Shown here: positions 1-9,300 of the stretch, in pieces
Numbering within the stretch: the first letter of the stretch is position 1
How the letters are laid out: every line of letters begins with the position of its first letter
Origin: an uncultured archaeon
GTDB lineage: Archaea > Thermoplasmatota > Penumbrarchaeia > JASLWR01
NCBI GenBank assembly: GCA_964342815.1
Contig: CAYFHS010000023.1
Coordinates: 1 to 59,958, forward strand
Direction: 5' to 3'
Length of the DNA stretch: 59,958 nucleotides
Translations under genes and position numbers: made by a program
The notes under the pieces: generated by a model
What the model was told of the DNA's origin: nothing
The model's database searches: none
Seen by the model: only the letters and a program-made list of their open reading frames with translations

Positions 1-732
1 CTGTGGGGGAATGGGAATCGCCAGGGAACCATATGATGAGCTGACTGGCGGGGGTGCGTCAGGGGGGGGCGGCCTGGAGGGTCTAGGGGTGGGAGGATCG
101 CCTGCACCTGGCAAGGGTCCACCTGGAGGATTGGGTTGGGTTGGAGGTGTTGATTCCAAGGGAGGTTTCGGCATTGATTTGAAACTTTGAGTTTCATTCG
201 GGGCCGGCGGTGGAAACGAAGACGGGCTGGATAGAGGGGGCGGAATGGGTGAATGAAGCGGAGGGGGACCTGCCGGAACCTGTTGAAAACGGATCAGCTC
301 AGCCTTAACGGCTTGGGCCTCGTCATCTTTTCCCAAGGTTTCCAGGGTCCTTATTTTTTCCCTCAATACGATAAAATTATCGGGCGTGATCCTGATTGAC
401 TTGTTATAATTTTCAAGGGCACCGCCAGAATTGTTCAGAATGGAAAAAAAGTTTCCAATCAGATGATAGAGCCTGGCCGAACCCAAAATGTCCCCCGTCT
501 CTTTTTCCAACTTACCAAGCTCCAGAAGAACATCCTGGATCGCCATCAGTTCTGGTGGTTTAAGGGTATATTTTTTCCCTTTGGCGATCATATCGGGAAT
601 GGAGGTATTCTCCAGGCTCCTCGCAAATCCTACTGCGGACTGTTTTACTTTATTCAAGGGATCGGCTCCACACTTCAAGCAAAGTTGACTGGAGCCTGCA
701 TCATTTTTACCACATATAAGACAATAATTCAT
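1..732 (-). CDS. Partial ORF running off the left edge: N-terminal double Zn-ribbon, TPR-like segment, Pro-rich linker
   Basis: Not in the ORF track; translated by hand from ATG at 732 with no stop for 244 codons: MNYCLICGKNDAGSSQLCLKCG...ARLYHLIGNFFSILNNSGGALENYNKSIRITPDN...PPPLHSPIPPPLSSPSSFPPPAP. GGTGGA SD-like site upstream. Confidence 0.85.
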   Translation of the reverse strand, partial: MNYCLICGKNDAGSSQLCLKCGADPLNKVKQSAVGFARSLENTSIPDMIAKGKKYTLKPPELMAIQDVLLELGKLEKETGDILGSARLYHLIGNFFSILNNSGGALENYNKSIRITPDNFIVLREKIRTLETLGKDDEAQAVKAELIRFQQVPAGPPPLHSPIPPPLSSPSSFPPPAPNETQSFKSMPKPPLESTPPTQPNPPGGPLPGAGDPPTPRPSRPPPPDAPPPVSSSYGSLAIPIPPQ

Positions 733-1063
733 ATCAGTCCACCGGCTTTGGTTGCCTTGTTTCCCCGAAAATTTTACTGCTTTTTAGATTTATTAGTATC
801 TAGCTTGGATCAAGCTGTCAATTGATCGGATTTCCATATGAGATAATTGCAACTAATATAAAATCTTAATGGAAATTATTGCGTATGCTTCAAATAAGCA
901 GAGGAAAATAGTATTTTCAACATTATTGTCGTCACACTCACTATCGTTTTAAAATGACAAGTGAAAACCGGATAAGTTCTACAAAACCATTATTTATCAT
1001 AGAAGAAGATATAAGGGTTGTCTCCCCGACAGGAAGAATCGGTAGCAATAACGGTGTTTCCGG

Positions 1064-4000
1064 ATGACTTGCATCATGGCATTATACAACAACCGGCATA
1101 TTGACCGGATTAAAAGAGGGATTGAGGTATTTCTCGTCCTTTCCAGCTTATTGGCGGCTTCAATCCCCACCGACATATATCATAACGAAGGTTCGAAAAA
1201 CCGGTTGTCTTTGCAGTATTCGGATCCGGTTTTTGATTCAAAAGCAAATGAATTCCGTCATAATCCAGAATCAAATTTGGCAGGTGTTCTCAAAGAGGAC
1301 ATACGTGACCTGAGAACTTCCAATACCAAATTCTACTGCTCGGCCCGGGGAAAACAGACTGCCCGATCTTGGTCCAAACCCATCCATTGGATGGATGAAA
1401 AAGGCGAATATCGGGATTATTTAACTGATATAATTGAGACGGAAGATACCCAATTCTCGCTTGGGTGCGATGAGAATTCGATACGAGCCGGTTTTTCCGC
1501 AACATCTTTTCCGGACCGCCCAATGGTCATGGTTGAAGTGGGTGGGGAGAAGATCACCTCTACCCAGCATTATATGGAGGTCGTCTCCGGCAGCGAAAAG
1601 AAAAAAATCGATCCTGGTGTGGTCAGGGGAGATGTGAGCGGGAACAGGATCATCTATGGGAATATTTACCCCGGGATCGACGAGAGATACCTGGTTCAAC
1701 CCGACAAATTGAAAAATGAGTATTTACTGAAAGAGAGGCCAGCATTCCTGAAGGAACGAGTTTGGGGACCCGATAGTTACCTTACGATATATATGAAATT
1801 GGAATTCACTTCGGGTATTGAAATGATCAAACCCTCCCTTGGTAAAATGAGAGAATGGACAAGCGCCCGGGAAATAATCCTCACCTTAAAAAATGATGAA
1901 AAGGGAGGATTGGTGAGAATCCCGACTCCTGTCATTTACGATTCATCCCCTTCCAGAGGATTGGTGAGCCACGATCCAGGCAAAAGAACTTTTAGCGATT
2001 ACATCATCCATCCTTTGAGAAAAGAAGATGGAAAAGGTATTTTGCTTGGAACCCGGGTCCCGTTATCTTTCCTTTTAAGAAATGATATCGCATATCCGGT
2101 GATAATTGATCCCACCATTGAAAGAATACAGCCCGGACCCAGCGCGGGAAAGGATAATTTCCTGGTTGGTATAAGCAATCATTTGACTTACGGAGATTGT
2201 AGGGATGATAATTCAGGTGGGGACGTATATTTTCAGTTGAATGTCGAATCCACGGCTCCGCTGCGGCCGATGCTGCAGTTCAATCTTTCATCTTTACCGC
2301 CCGACTCTGTGGTAGAGGAAGCGCAGTTGAACATAAAAATGAACGATCACTTTGCCGGAGGGGGGGATATCGACACAATGCTTTACAGGGTCACTCATGA
2401 CTGGGTGGAAGGAACTGGTGATTTTTATCAGGGGACGCTGACCCAGGATGGAGCCTGCTGGTTGTCATATGACGGAACCAATGGGTGGACGGCCGGTGGT
2501 GAATATGACTTCAACGAAATCTCATCTATTAAGGTAGGTTCCGATCGATGGTATAAATTTGAAATTGCGGATCTCGTGGGCGGTTGGATCTCAGGAGTTC
2601 ATACAAATTACGGTTTGTTGCTTAAGGGGATGTCGGGTACACCGGGATGGAAACTTTTCGCATCATCAGACTATCCGATCCTGTCCGAGAGGCCCTATCT
2701 GGAGATAAGCTACGGGATCCGGCCCATTATAGAATCCGTCAACATTAGCCCCAGGACCTCAATAAAGGGTGATACGTGTCATATCAATTCCACCTGTTTC
2801 GATCCGGATGGTACCATCACGGAGTATCAGTGGATTTCAAGCCTTGACGGACTTTTTGGTTGGGCCCGGGAATTCAACATTTCTACCCTCTCCCCCGGGA
2901 CACACCAAATAAACTTTGTGGTTCGAGATAACGACGGTTACAGTACAAATAGCGATTGCGGCGAGATAATAATACTCGACCCTCCACCTCCTCCGGTGCT
3001 TAACTTCAGCGCGTACGACACAGCGGATGACCAAGGAGGTTCTGTCACAATCTCATGGGATTACGGATATGTGTATGATCTGGATCATTTTAACATATAC
3101 ATTACAGACACAGAATATCTGGGAAACCTCTCCCACAGGTTTCCCGAAGCACAGATAAGCGATACGAATGTACGTATGGCGAACATAAGCACCATCGGGG
3201 GATTGCCGTTGGTAGACGGTAATGAATATTTCCTTGGGATAGTAGCTGTTGACGATCTCGACAACCATCTTTTCGAGATATCGGGAACCGAAACCGCAAT
3301 ACCTCTCGACAACCTGTGCCCTCCACCGGTCATGGGTATCGATGCCGTGGATCTCAGAAATGATCAGGGTGGAAGCATCCTGGTTTCCTGGACCCCTCTT
3401 TCATTGGTAATCAATCAACAGGGGCCGAACTATTTTTACCATTACAACATATATATCGAAGATCACCCATTTACGAAGCTCGAGGGCCTCTCCCCCGAGG
3501 TGGATGATTTACGCGACCACAGGGTATCGGAGTTTATACTGCAGACGGCCGGCTCCAAACCGCTGGTGGACCTAGTGGATTATTATGTAGCCGTTACAGC
3601 CCGGGACTTTAGCGCTAACGAGGTGGAAACCGTTTCCTGCTTCGGTCCTGTCCAGGCAAGAGATAATCTCCCTCCTTCTTCGGTTCGGAACCTTGCATCA
3701 AGAGACCGCCCTCATGATGAGGGGGGTGCTGTGATATTGGAATGGACGGAAAACAGCGAACAAGACGTGCATCACTATAATTTATACATGAGCGAAACGG
3801 ATTTCTCCTCTGTGGAAGGACTTCAACCGATAGATGTCGTGGAAAAAACCGGGGAAGGGTCGCTAAGGCACATACTTGAAGGGCTGGCCAATGATTTATA
3901 TTACTATTTTGCCGTTACTGCTGTGGACGAGGAAGGAAACGAATTCCATACGATCAAAGAGACTGTGCGAACAAAAGCATCGGACGACCTTGCACCCGGG

Positions 4001-5350
4001 GCCATCAGTTCATTTACAGCAGAAGATACTCCTCTGGACAACGGAGCTTCCATTACCCTCCACTGGAACACATGTACAGCACCCGATTTCAAACAATATA
4101 TTTTGTATGGAACCTACCTTGATCCCATCACCGAGGTTGAGGGGATGACACCCTTGATGTTCATAAGCTCCTCCGATACCCAAACAATGTTGGTGTTGGA
4201 TATGGACGGCGAGAAAATTCATGATAATCGGAATTATTATTTCGGCATATGCGTAGAGGACCTGAACGGCAATATCAATTCCACTATGGGCCTTGCGGGA
4301 CCGGTGAAATCAATGGACAACCTGGCACCACGAATATTGAACATAAGCCATTCAAAAACCACGATATTCAATCGAAGCCTTGACCTGTCCACCGGCGAAA
4401 TGAGCAGTGATGGGGGGGGATCCTGGTTCAATGCAAGTTTCGAACTTGAAAAAAATGGGGATGAAGTAAGCATAGGATGGCTTCTGGACGGCCGCAACAT
4501 AGGCAACAACCAATCTTTATCCATCGACATCTTTTCGATTTCCCAGGGGCATCATACCCTCCGTTTAGAACTTATCGACCCGCCCTTTCACATTTCGGAG
4601 GACATCAATTTCACCGTTATCGAGACGAGTTTCCGGAGCAAGGATGACGGAAAGAACTCACAAAATAACTTTATAATGTTCATCGGATTGATCGGATTGG
4701 CCGCCCTTCTTCTGGGTATGCTTGTCTATCTTCTTGTAATACGACCACCGAGAAGAAAGAAAAAGGAAGAAATTGACATATCGGTAAAAGGTCCAAGGGA
4801 GATGGAACTGGCAAAGATCCATATAAAGAAAAAGGTTGTGGCTATCGGGGCCAGAAATGGGCGTCGCAAAACGCGCAAGAACGTGGATGTGAAAAACCGT
4901 TTGTATTATCTCGAAGATAACGTGGGTAAACAATTTGCCCTAAAGAAAAAACATTACAAACCCGATAAAGTCGGTCCGTGCCCCATGAAGGACCTGCCTC
5001 GGAGTGATTTTGCCTGTCCCGAATCGGTAGTGGGAAAATGCGGTCTCTCATGCTCACAGAAGACCGAACTTGACATTCCACAGCCAGCAAATAAAAAAGC
5101 AGGTTCAAAACCGAAAAAAAGCAGAAAAGAACTTTCACCGGGAAAATCGGTGCAGAGAAAGACTGGTAAAAAGGGTAAAGGGCCTTCGAAAAAGGCTCGA
5201 AAAAGGAACCCCTCGAAGCTAAGGAAGGATTCTCGAGAGAAAAAACGAAGTTCAGGAAATACAACCCATGGACAAACTAAGCCGAGTCCCGAAAAGAGTT
5301 CCAACCAAAAAGAAAAGGATTTAATCAAACATGGGAAACCCGGGGATTGA
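1064..5350 (+). CDS. Large membrane-anchored surface protein: WapA-like N-terminus, DNRLRE domain, PKD-like domain, 4 FN3-like repeats, TM helix, Lys-rich tail
   Basis: 1428 aa. N-terminal hydrophobic stretch; YPVIIDPT followed by GKDNFL...LQFNLSSLP...AQL (DNRLRE-type); four DxxxDxG[GA]xxx[IVL]xW repeats; TM FIMFIGLIGLAALLLGMLVYLLVI then RPPRRKKK. Start could be 1076. Confidence 0.8.
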   Translation: MTCIMALYNNRHIDRIKRGIEVFLVLSSLLAASIPTDIYHNEGSKNRLSLQYSDPVFDSKANEFRHNPESNLAGVLKEDIRDLRTSNTKFYCSARGKQTARSWSKPIHWMDEKGEYRDYLTDIIETEDTQFSLGCDENSIRAGFSATSFPDRPMVMVEVGGEKITSTQHYMEVVSGSEKKKIDPGVVRGDVSGNRIIYGNIYPGIDERYLVQPDKLKNEYLLKERPAFLKERVWGPDSYLTIYMKLEFTSGIEMIKPSLGKMREWTSAREIILTLKNDEKGGLVRIPTPVIYDSSPSRGLVSHDPGKRTFSDYIIHPLRKEDGKGILLGTRVPLSFLLRNDIAYPVIIDPTIERIQPGPSAGKDNFLVGISNHLTYGDCRDDNSGGDVYFQLNVESTAPLRPMLQFNLSSLPPDSVVEEAQLNIKMNDHFAGGGDIDTMLYRVTHDWVEGTGDFYQGTLTQDGACWLSYDGTNGWTAGGEYDFNEISSIKVGSDRWYKFEIADLVGGWISGVHTNYGLLLKGMSGTPGWKLFASSDYPILSERPYLEISYGIRPIIESVNISPRTSIKGDTCHINSTCFDPDGTITEYQWISSLDGLFGWAREFNISTLSPGTHQINFVVRDNDGYSTNSDCGEIIILDPPPPPVLNFSAYDTADDQGGSVTISWDYGYVYDLDHFNIYITDTEYLGNLSHRFPEAQISDTNVRMANISTIGGLPLVDGNEYFLGIVAVDDLDNHLFEISGTETAIPLDNLCPPPVMGIDAVDLRNDQGGSILVSWTPLSLVINQQGPNYFYHYNIYIEDHPFTKLEGLSPEVDDLRDHRVSEFILQTAGSKPLVDLVDYYVAVTARDFSANEVETVSCFGPVQARDNLPPSSVRNLASRDRPHDEGGAVILEWTENSEQDVHHYNLYMSETDFSSVEGLQPIDVVEKTGEGSLRHILEGLANDLYYYFAVTAVDEEGNEFHTIKETVRTKASDDLAPGAISSFTAEDTPLDNGASITLHWNTCTAPDFKQYILYGTYLDPITEVEGMTPLMFISSSDTQTMLVLDMDGEKIHDNRNYYFGICVEDLNGNINSTMGLAGPVKSMDNLAPRILNISHSKTTIFNRSLDLSTGEMSSDGGGSWFNASFELEKNGDEVSIGWLLDGRNIGNNQSLSIDIFSISQGHHTLRLELIDPPFHISEDINFTVIETSFRSKDDGKNSQNNFIMFIGLIGLAALLLGMLVYLLVIRPPRRKKKEEIDISVKGPREMELAKIHIKKKVVAIGARNGRRKTRKNVDVKNRLYYLEDNVGKQFALKKKHYKPDKVGPCPMKDLPRSDFACPESVVGKCGLSCSQKTELDIPQPANKKAGSKPKKSRKELSPGKSVQRKTGKKGKGPSKKARKRNPSKLRKDSREKKRSSGNTTHGQTKPSPEKSSNQKEKDLIKHGKPGD

Positions 5351-6265
5351 TCATCCCACACTAAGATTCGGAAGTGATTTGTTCCCATCCATCTGTATCA
5401 CAGTACCACACCTGGGACACTCCCCTTGCATTGTTTCGAGACAGCTCCAGTGAAAATGTTGCCCGCACTGACATCGAGCGACCTGTTTCTTCTTCATGGA
5501 ACCCTGACAGATCTGGCAGACCCTGAACTTTTCGAATTTATCCATGATCTCGGGTGTGTACTTCGGTTCCATTTTCCGCTGTTCGGTCTTCTCGTAAATG
5601 CGGCTCATCACCCTTCTTTTGGCCGGAGGTTTGTTCTTCATCTCCCTTCGAATGTCCCTTTTTATTTTTACATTTTCCATAGGGGACGTAATATCGGGAT
5701 GGGATTTTAGTCCGTGGTGAACCATGTTAAAGAAATAATCCACGGTGGTGAAAATGGAAAGGAAGGAAATCGCCAGGAAAAATAGCTCCACTCCCGTCCT
5801 ATTCCCCCCGAACGGATCAAGGTTGAAGTCCAGGTAGAGGGTAGCCATGAGGACCGATAGACCGACGGTACTGTACTGGGCAGCCATGGTTATCTTTCCC
5901 ATTTTGCTTGGTATTATAACAGGATTTCCCGTCACATAGTAATGCATCCCCCACCCAATGACCATGAGCACATCCTTTCCGATCAGTACGGCGGAGAACC
6001 ACCATGGAAAATATCGATATACAAAAGGTAGTGTGATCAAAAGTGCCAAAAGGGTTAATTTGTCGGCCATGGGATCCAAAAAGGTACCTAACTTGGTGAC
6101 CTCGCCTCTCTTCCTTGCTAAATAACCGTCCAAGGAGTCCATAACGGCCAAAGAAGTGACAGTAACACAGGCCGCCCACCTGAAATCCGGTGTCTGCAGG
6201 AATATGATTGCGGCAGGGATGAGACATATCCTGCCAATGGTCACTTTAGTTGCCAGATTTACCAT
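5351..6265 (-). CDS. pgsA: CDP-alcohol phosphatidyltransferase (PgsA-like) with C-terminal RING-like Cys/His domain
   Basis: Canonical DGxxARx8GxxxDxxxD motif (DGYLARKRGEVTKLGTFLDPMAD); N-terminal NLATKVTIGRICLIP; C-terminal CQIC...CQCGQHFHWSC...CPRC. Substrate not determinable. Confidence 0.8.
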   Translation of the reverse strand: MVNLATKVTIGRICLIPAAIIFLQTPDFRWAACVTVTSLAVMDSLDGYLARKRGEVTKLGTFLDPMADKLTLLALLITLPFVYRYFPWWFSAVLIGKDVLMVIGWGMHYYVTGNPVIIPSKMGKITMAAQYSTVGLSVLMATLYLDFNLDPFGGNRTGVELFFLAISFLSIFTTVDYFFNMVHHGLKSHPDITSPMENVKIKRDIRREMKNKPPAKRRVMSRIYEKTEQRKMEPKYTPEIMDKFEKFRVCQICQGSMKKKQVARCQCGQHFHWSCLETMQGECPRCGTVIQMDGNKSLPNLSVG

Positions 6266-6333
6266 AACCGTTCACACTCAACTGGGACAGACAATAGCCT
6301 AAATCATTTCGATCTTTATACAAAAGAAATAAT

Positions 6334-9300
6334 CTACTTATCAGCATCGATTCTCTTTACGATCCGCACCTTCTTCGGTGTAGGTGACTCTGTTGACTCA
6401 CCACACAGGGCAAGTGGTGACTTGTCAAGTGAAGGTGACCCTGCAGGCGCATGAGCACTACGGCGTATCGGAGACACGCCTGCGCCCTCGCCAAGCTTGG
6501 CTACGGGAGAAGATGCATTTTCAGATCGGAGCGCGGTGGACTCACCACGGTGGACAAGTGATGAGCTATCAGGTATCGGGGAGGTTTTCCGGACAATAAC
6601 GGGAGGGGAAACCTGCGGACCCTGTGATTCTGTTTCCCCCGGTGGCAAGGCCGGGGTTGAGATACCGTTTTCCACATCAATCTTGTTTCCTTCGTCGGTT
6701 TCCACCGTGAAATCGGAATAAATCTCCACGGTATCCCCCAGTTCCTCTTTCTTGGGTCCGATCAGAATACCCTCATCGGGAGATTTCTCTTCAACTGGAA
6801 CTTTATCCCGTCCTTTTTTCCTTCTGAGAAGAAAGAACATAACACCCGTCAAGACCAGCACCAGTAGAAGACCGATAATACCCAGAACAAGCTTGAGATT
6901 ACTCGATGAGCTGGGAGTTTCATCTGTGGGCTCCACTTTGGCGGGATCAGCGTCAACACGCACATTCAGATCTAGCAAATACTCGTCGCCGCCCTCCTCA
7001 AGAGTAATGATAAAAGATAATGTCTTCACACCCGGAGAGATCCCCGGAAGTGTGGACACTTCCACAGCAATAGTTTCCTTTTTTCCAATCCTAAGGATCA
7101 ATGGCTCATCCGGTGCCATGTCAATATCGATGTCGGAAGGTATGTTCTTCTGTATTAGGGATGCTGTGACCAATGTATTCGCCGTGTTTTCAATATCCAC
7201 ATAGAAAGTCACCTTGCGCCCGGCCCGGACGTTCCTCATTTCGGAATCCGGGGTGGCAATGATGGAGATAACCGGTTCAACCGTTACGTTCAGTGTGAAT
7301 GTGCTGAGCTTGCTGGCGTTGTTCTTGGAATTTATACCTATATAGAAAGAGTAGGTACCAGCCTCCTTCACTCCGGTCATGGTTATCTGGAAAACTAGGA
7401 ATTTCACACCGTAAGCGTCAATGGGTATATCCCCTGCCGGGTAGTTTGTGACCGTAGTACTAAATCCTGTTGGTTTTTCCAGTGTTACTACCGAATAACG
7501 GTCGTCCGAGCTCCCCCGGTTTTCCAATCGGATGTCAAGTTTAACGGATTTCTGTCCCGACTTCAAAGTAGCGTTAACAGCGAGAAGGTGAACGGCCATT
7601 TCATCATATTCCTCCACAGTCACGGTACAATGAGCCGTCTCCGCCTTTTTGCCACTGGCGGAAGTGGCAATCATGGAAAAGACGAATTCATCCTTTGGAG
7701 GGGCCAGATCGTGAGTGAATATGGTAACCCTGGCAATAGCGCTGGTACCGGCCGCGAGGACAAGATAGCGGGGTTCATAGGTGATGTTCCATCCAGCCTT
7801 TTTACCAGATAACTTCAGGCTGACATTATCTTGGCCGTTCCCCCTATTCATGACCTCGAAGTTGTATATGATGGGCAGATGAGGCCTGGCAATGCTTTCT
7901 GTGTGATCCGGGGTTATGGATACCCCGTATATCTGAAGTATGGTAACATTGAAAGAAACAGTTACTTTATCTGCTCTATGGGTCATTTTTATTGTGAATA
8001 TGCACTGATCCCCCGAAAGAGAATCCCATGGGGCATAAAGGCGTAAGGATACCCTTGCCTTAGAATATGGTTCGACAGTCTTATGATTCATATTGAATAT
8101 CTCCAGAGCGGTATCGGTTACCTCTATGCGGTATTCATCGGGATCATCCCTCAATATCCAGATTCCATTTTCATCAGACAATTTTGCATCATTTTCGATC
8201 TCCGCCCCGTTATCACCAAAGGCATTCCTCAGATCCGTCTTCACACGACCTTGGACCAGATAATCGACGTAATCCAGCGATAGACTGAACATATACTCGC
8301 CATTCAATATTGCGAACCAATCGTCATCGCTCCAAGATGACGATACGTAATAAATCTCCTCGCCGTTGCCGGTATTGTTCAACCATAGATTGACTATAGT
8401 CTCATTCGCGGGTCCTGGTAAAATATTGAAATCGTCCACGGGGTCCAAGGAAAATCCAGTGATCTTATCGGCAGAAACGTTAAGGAACACTGTTTCACTT
8501 GCGGTGGTGCTATCGTTGGAACTCGCCGAAATGGTGATCTGGGCCCTGTCAAGATAATAGGCGCTTTCCGGAACCGTAACATAGACCTGTGTCACGAACT
8601 GTGTGTTCTTCAAGGGAACCTTTACGGGATTCTCTTTAAACGTTACCCACTGGTGATTCTGACCTTCCGAACTAAGCGTTATCCAATCCGAGGTGTCACC
8701 CTGGGTGTCCCTGTTGGTCACCAAGTTCAGATCAAAGACCGCGGTGTCTCCCGGGGGCTCCACCGAAGAGTTTTCCTGCGGGCCCGTGAGAAATATCTTT
8801 CTTTCTTCCACAGTTACGGAAAAAGTCATGGTATTTGATGTGCGGGATATCGATGTGATGTGAATCTCCGTTTTCCTGTTGGAATAGTCGGAAGAATTCG
8901 GTAGAGAAGATGGTGTAAAACCTTCATCGTCATTGTACCACGGATCATATCGGTCCCCGCTGTTGTAATTGCCAATTACGTCCAGGTCCTGAGTGCCGCT
9001 TGCCTCTTCCACATCTACTCCCTTTCGGGAAGGATCTGTGTTAACATTGTTAGCATCGATCCTGGTAAATCCACCTCCCAGGTTCTGATACAGGACAGAT
9101 TCATCGATATGCCAGATCAATAGGCCGCCAGCCGGTAAATAGCGATCAAAACCTGTACGGGCCCTGTTCTCGATGAGGAAATACTGCTTGCCCCCGGTAT
9201 GAGGTATGATTATCTTGTAGATGTCGGGATAATGTTCGACATTCCTGATGGTTACGGTTTCCATATTTGTCGTGATCTCAATAGGATCTGCCCATCCAAG

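Noticed and set aside
463-825. Plus-strand ORFs 463..825 and 488..688
   Set aside because: Antisense shadows of the minus-strand Zn-ribbon/TPR gene (732 to <1).
1064-5350. Possible RHS/polymorphic toxin because of the WapA-like N-terminus
   Set aside because: No YD repeats, no PxxxxDPxG cleavage motif, no toxin domain and no small immunity gene downstream.
5345-5356. Convergent genes whose stop codons abut (TGA|TCA)
   Set aside because: Ordinary compact convergent arrangement; the 6-bp palindrome is just two opposed TGA stops.
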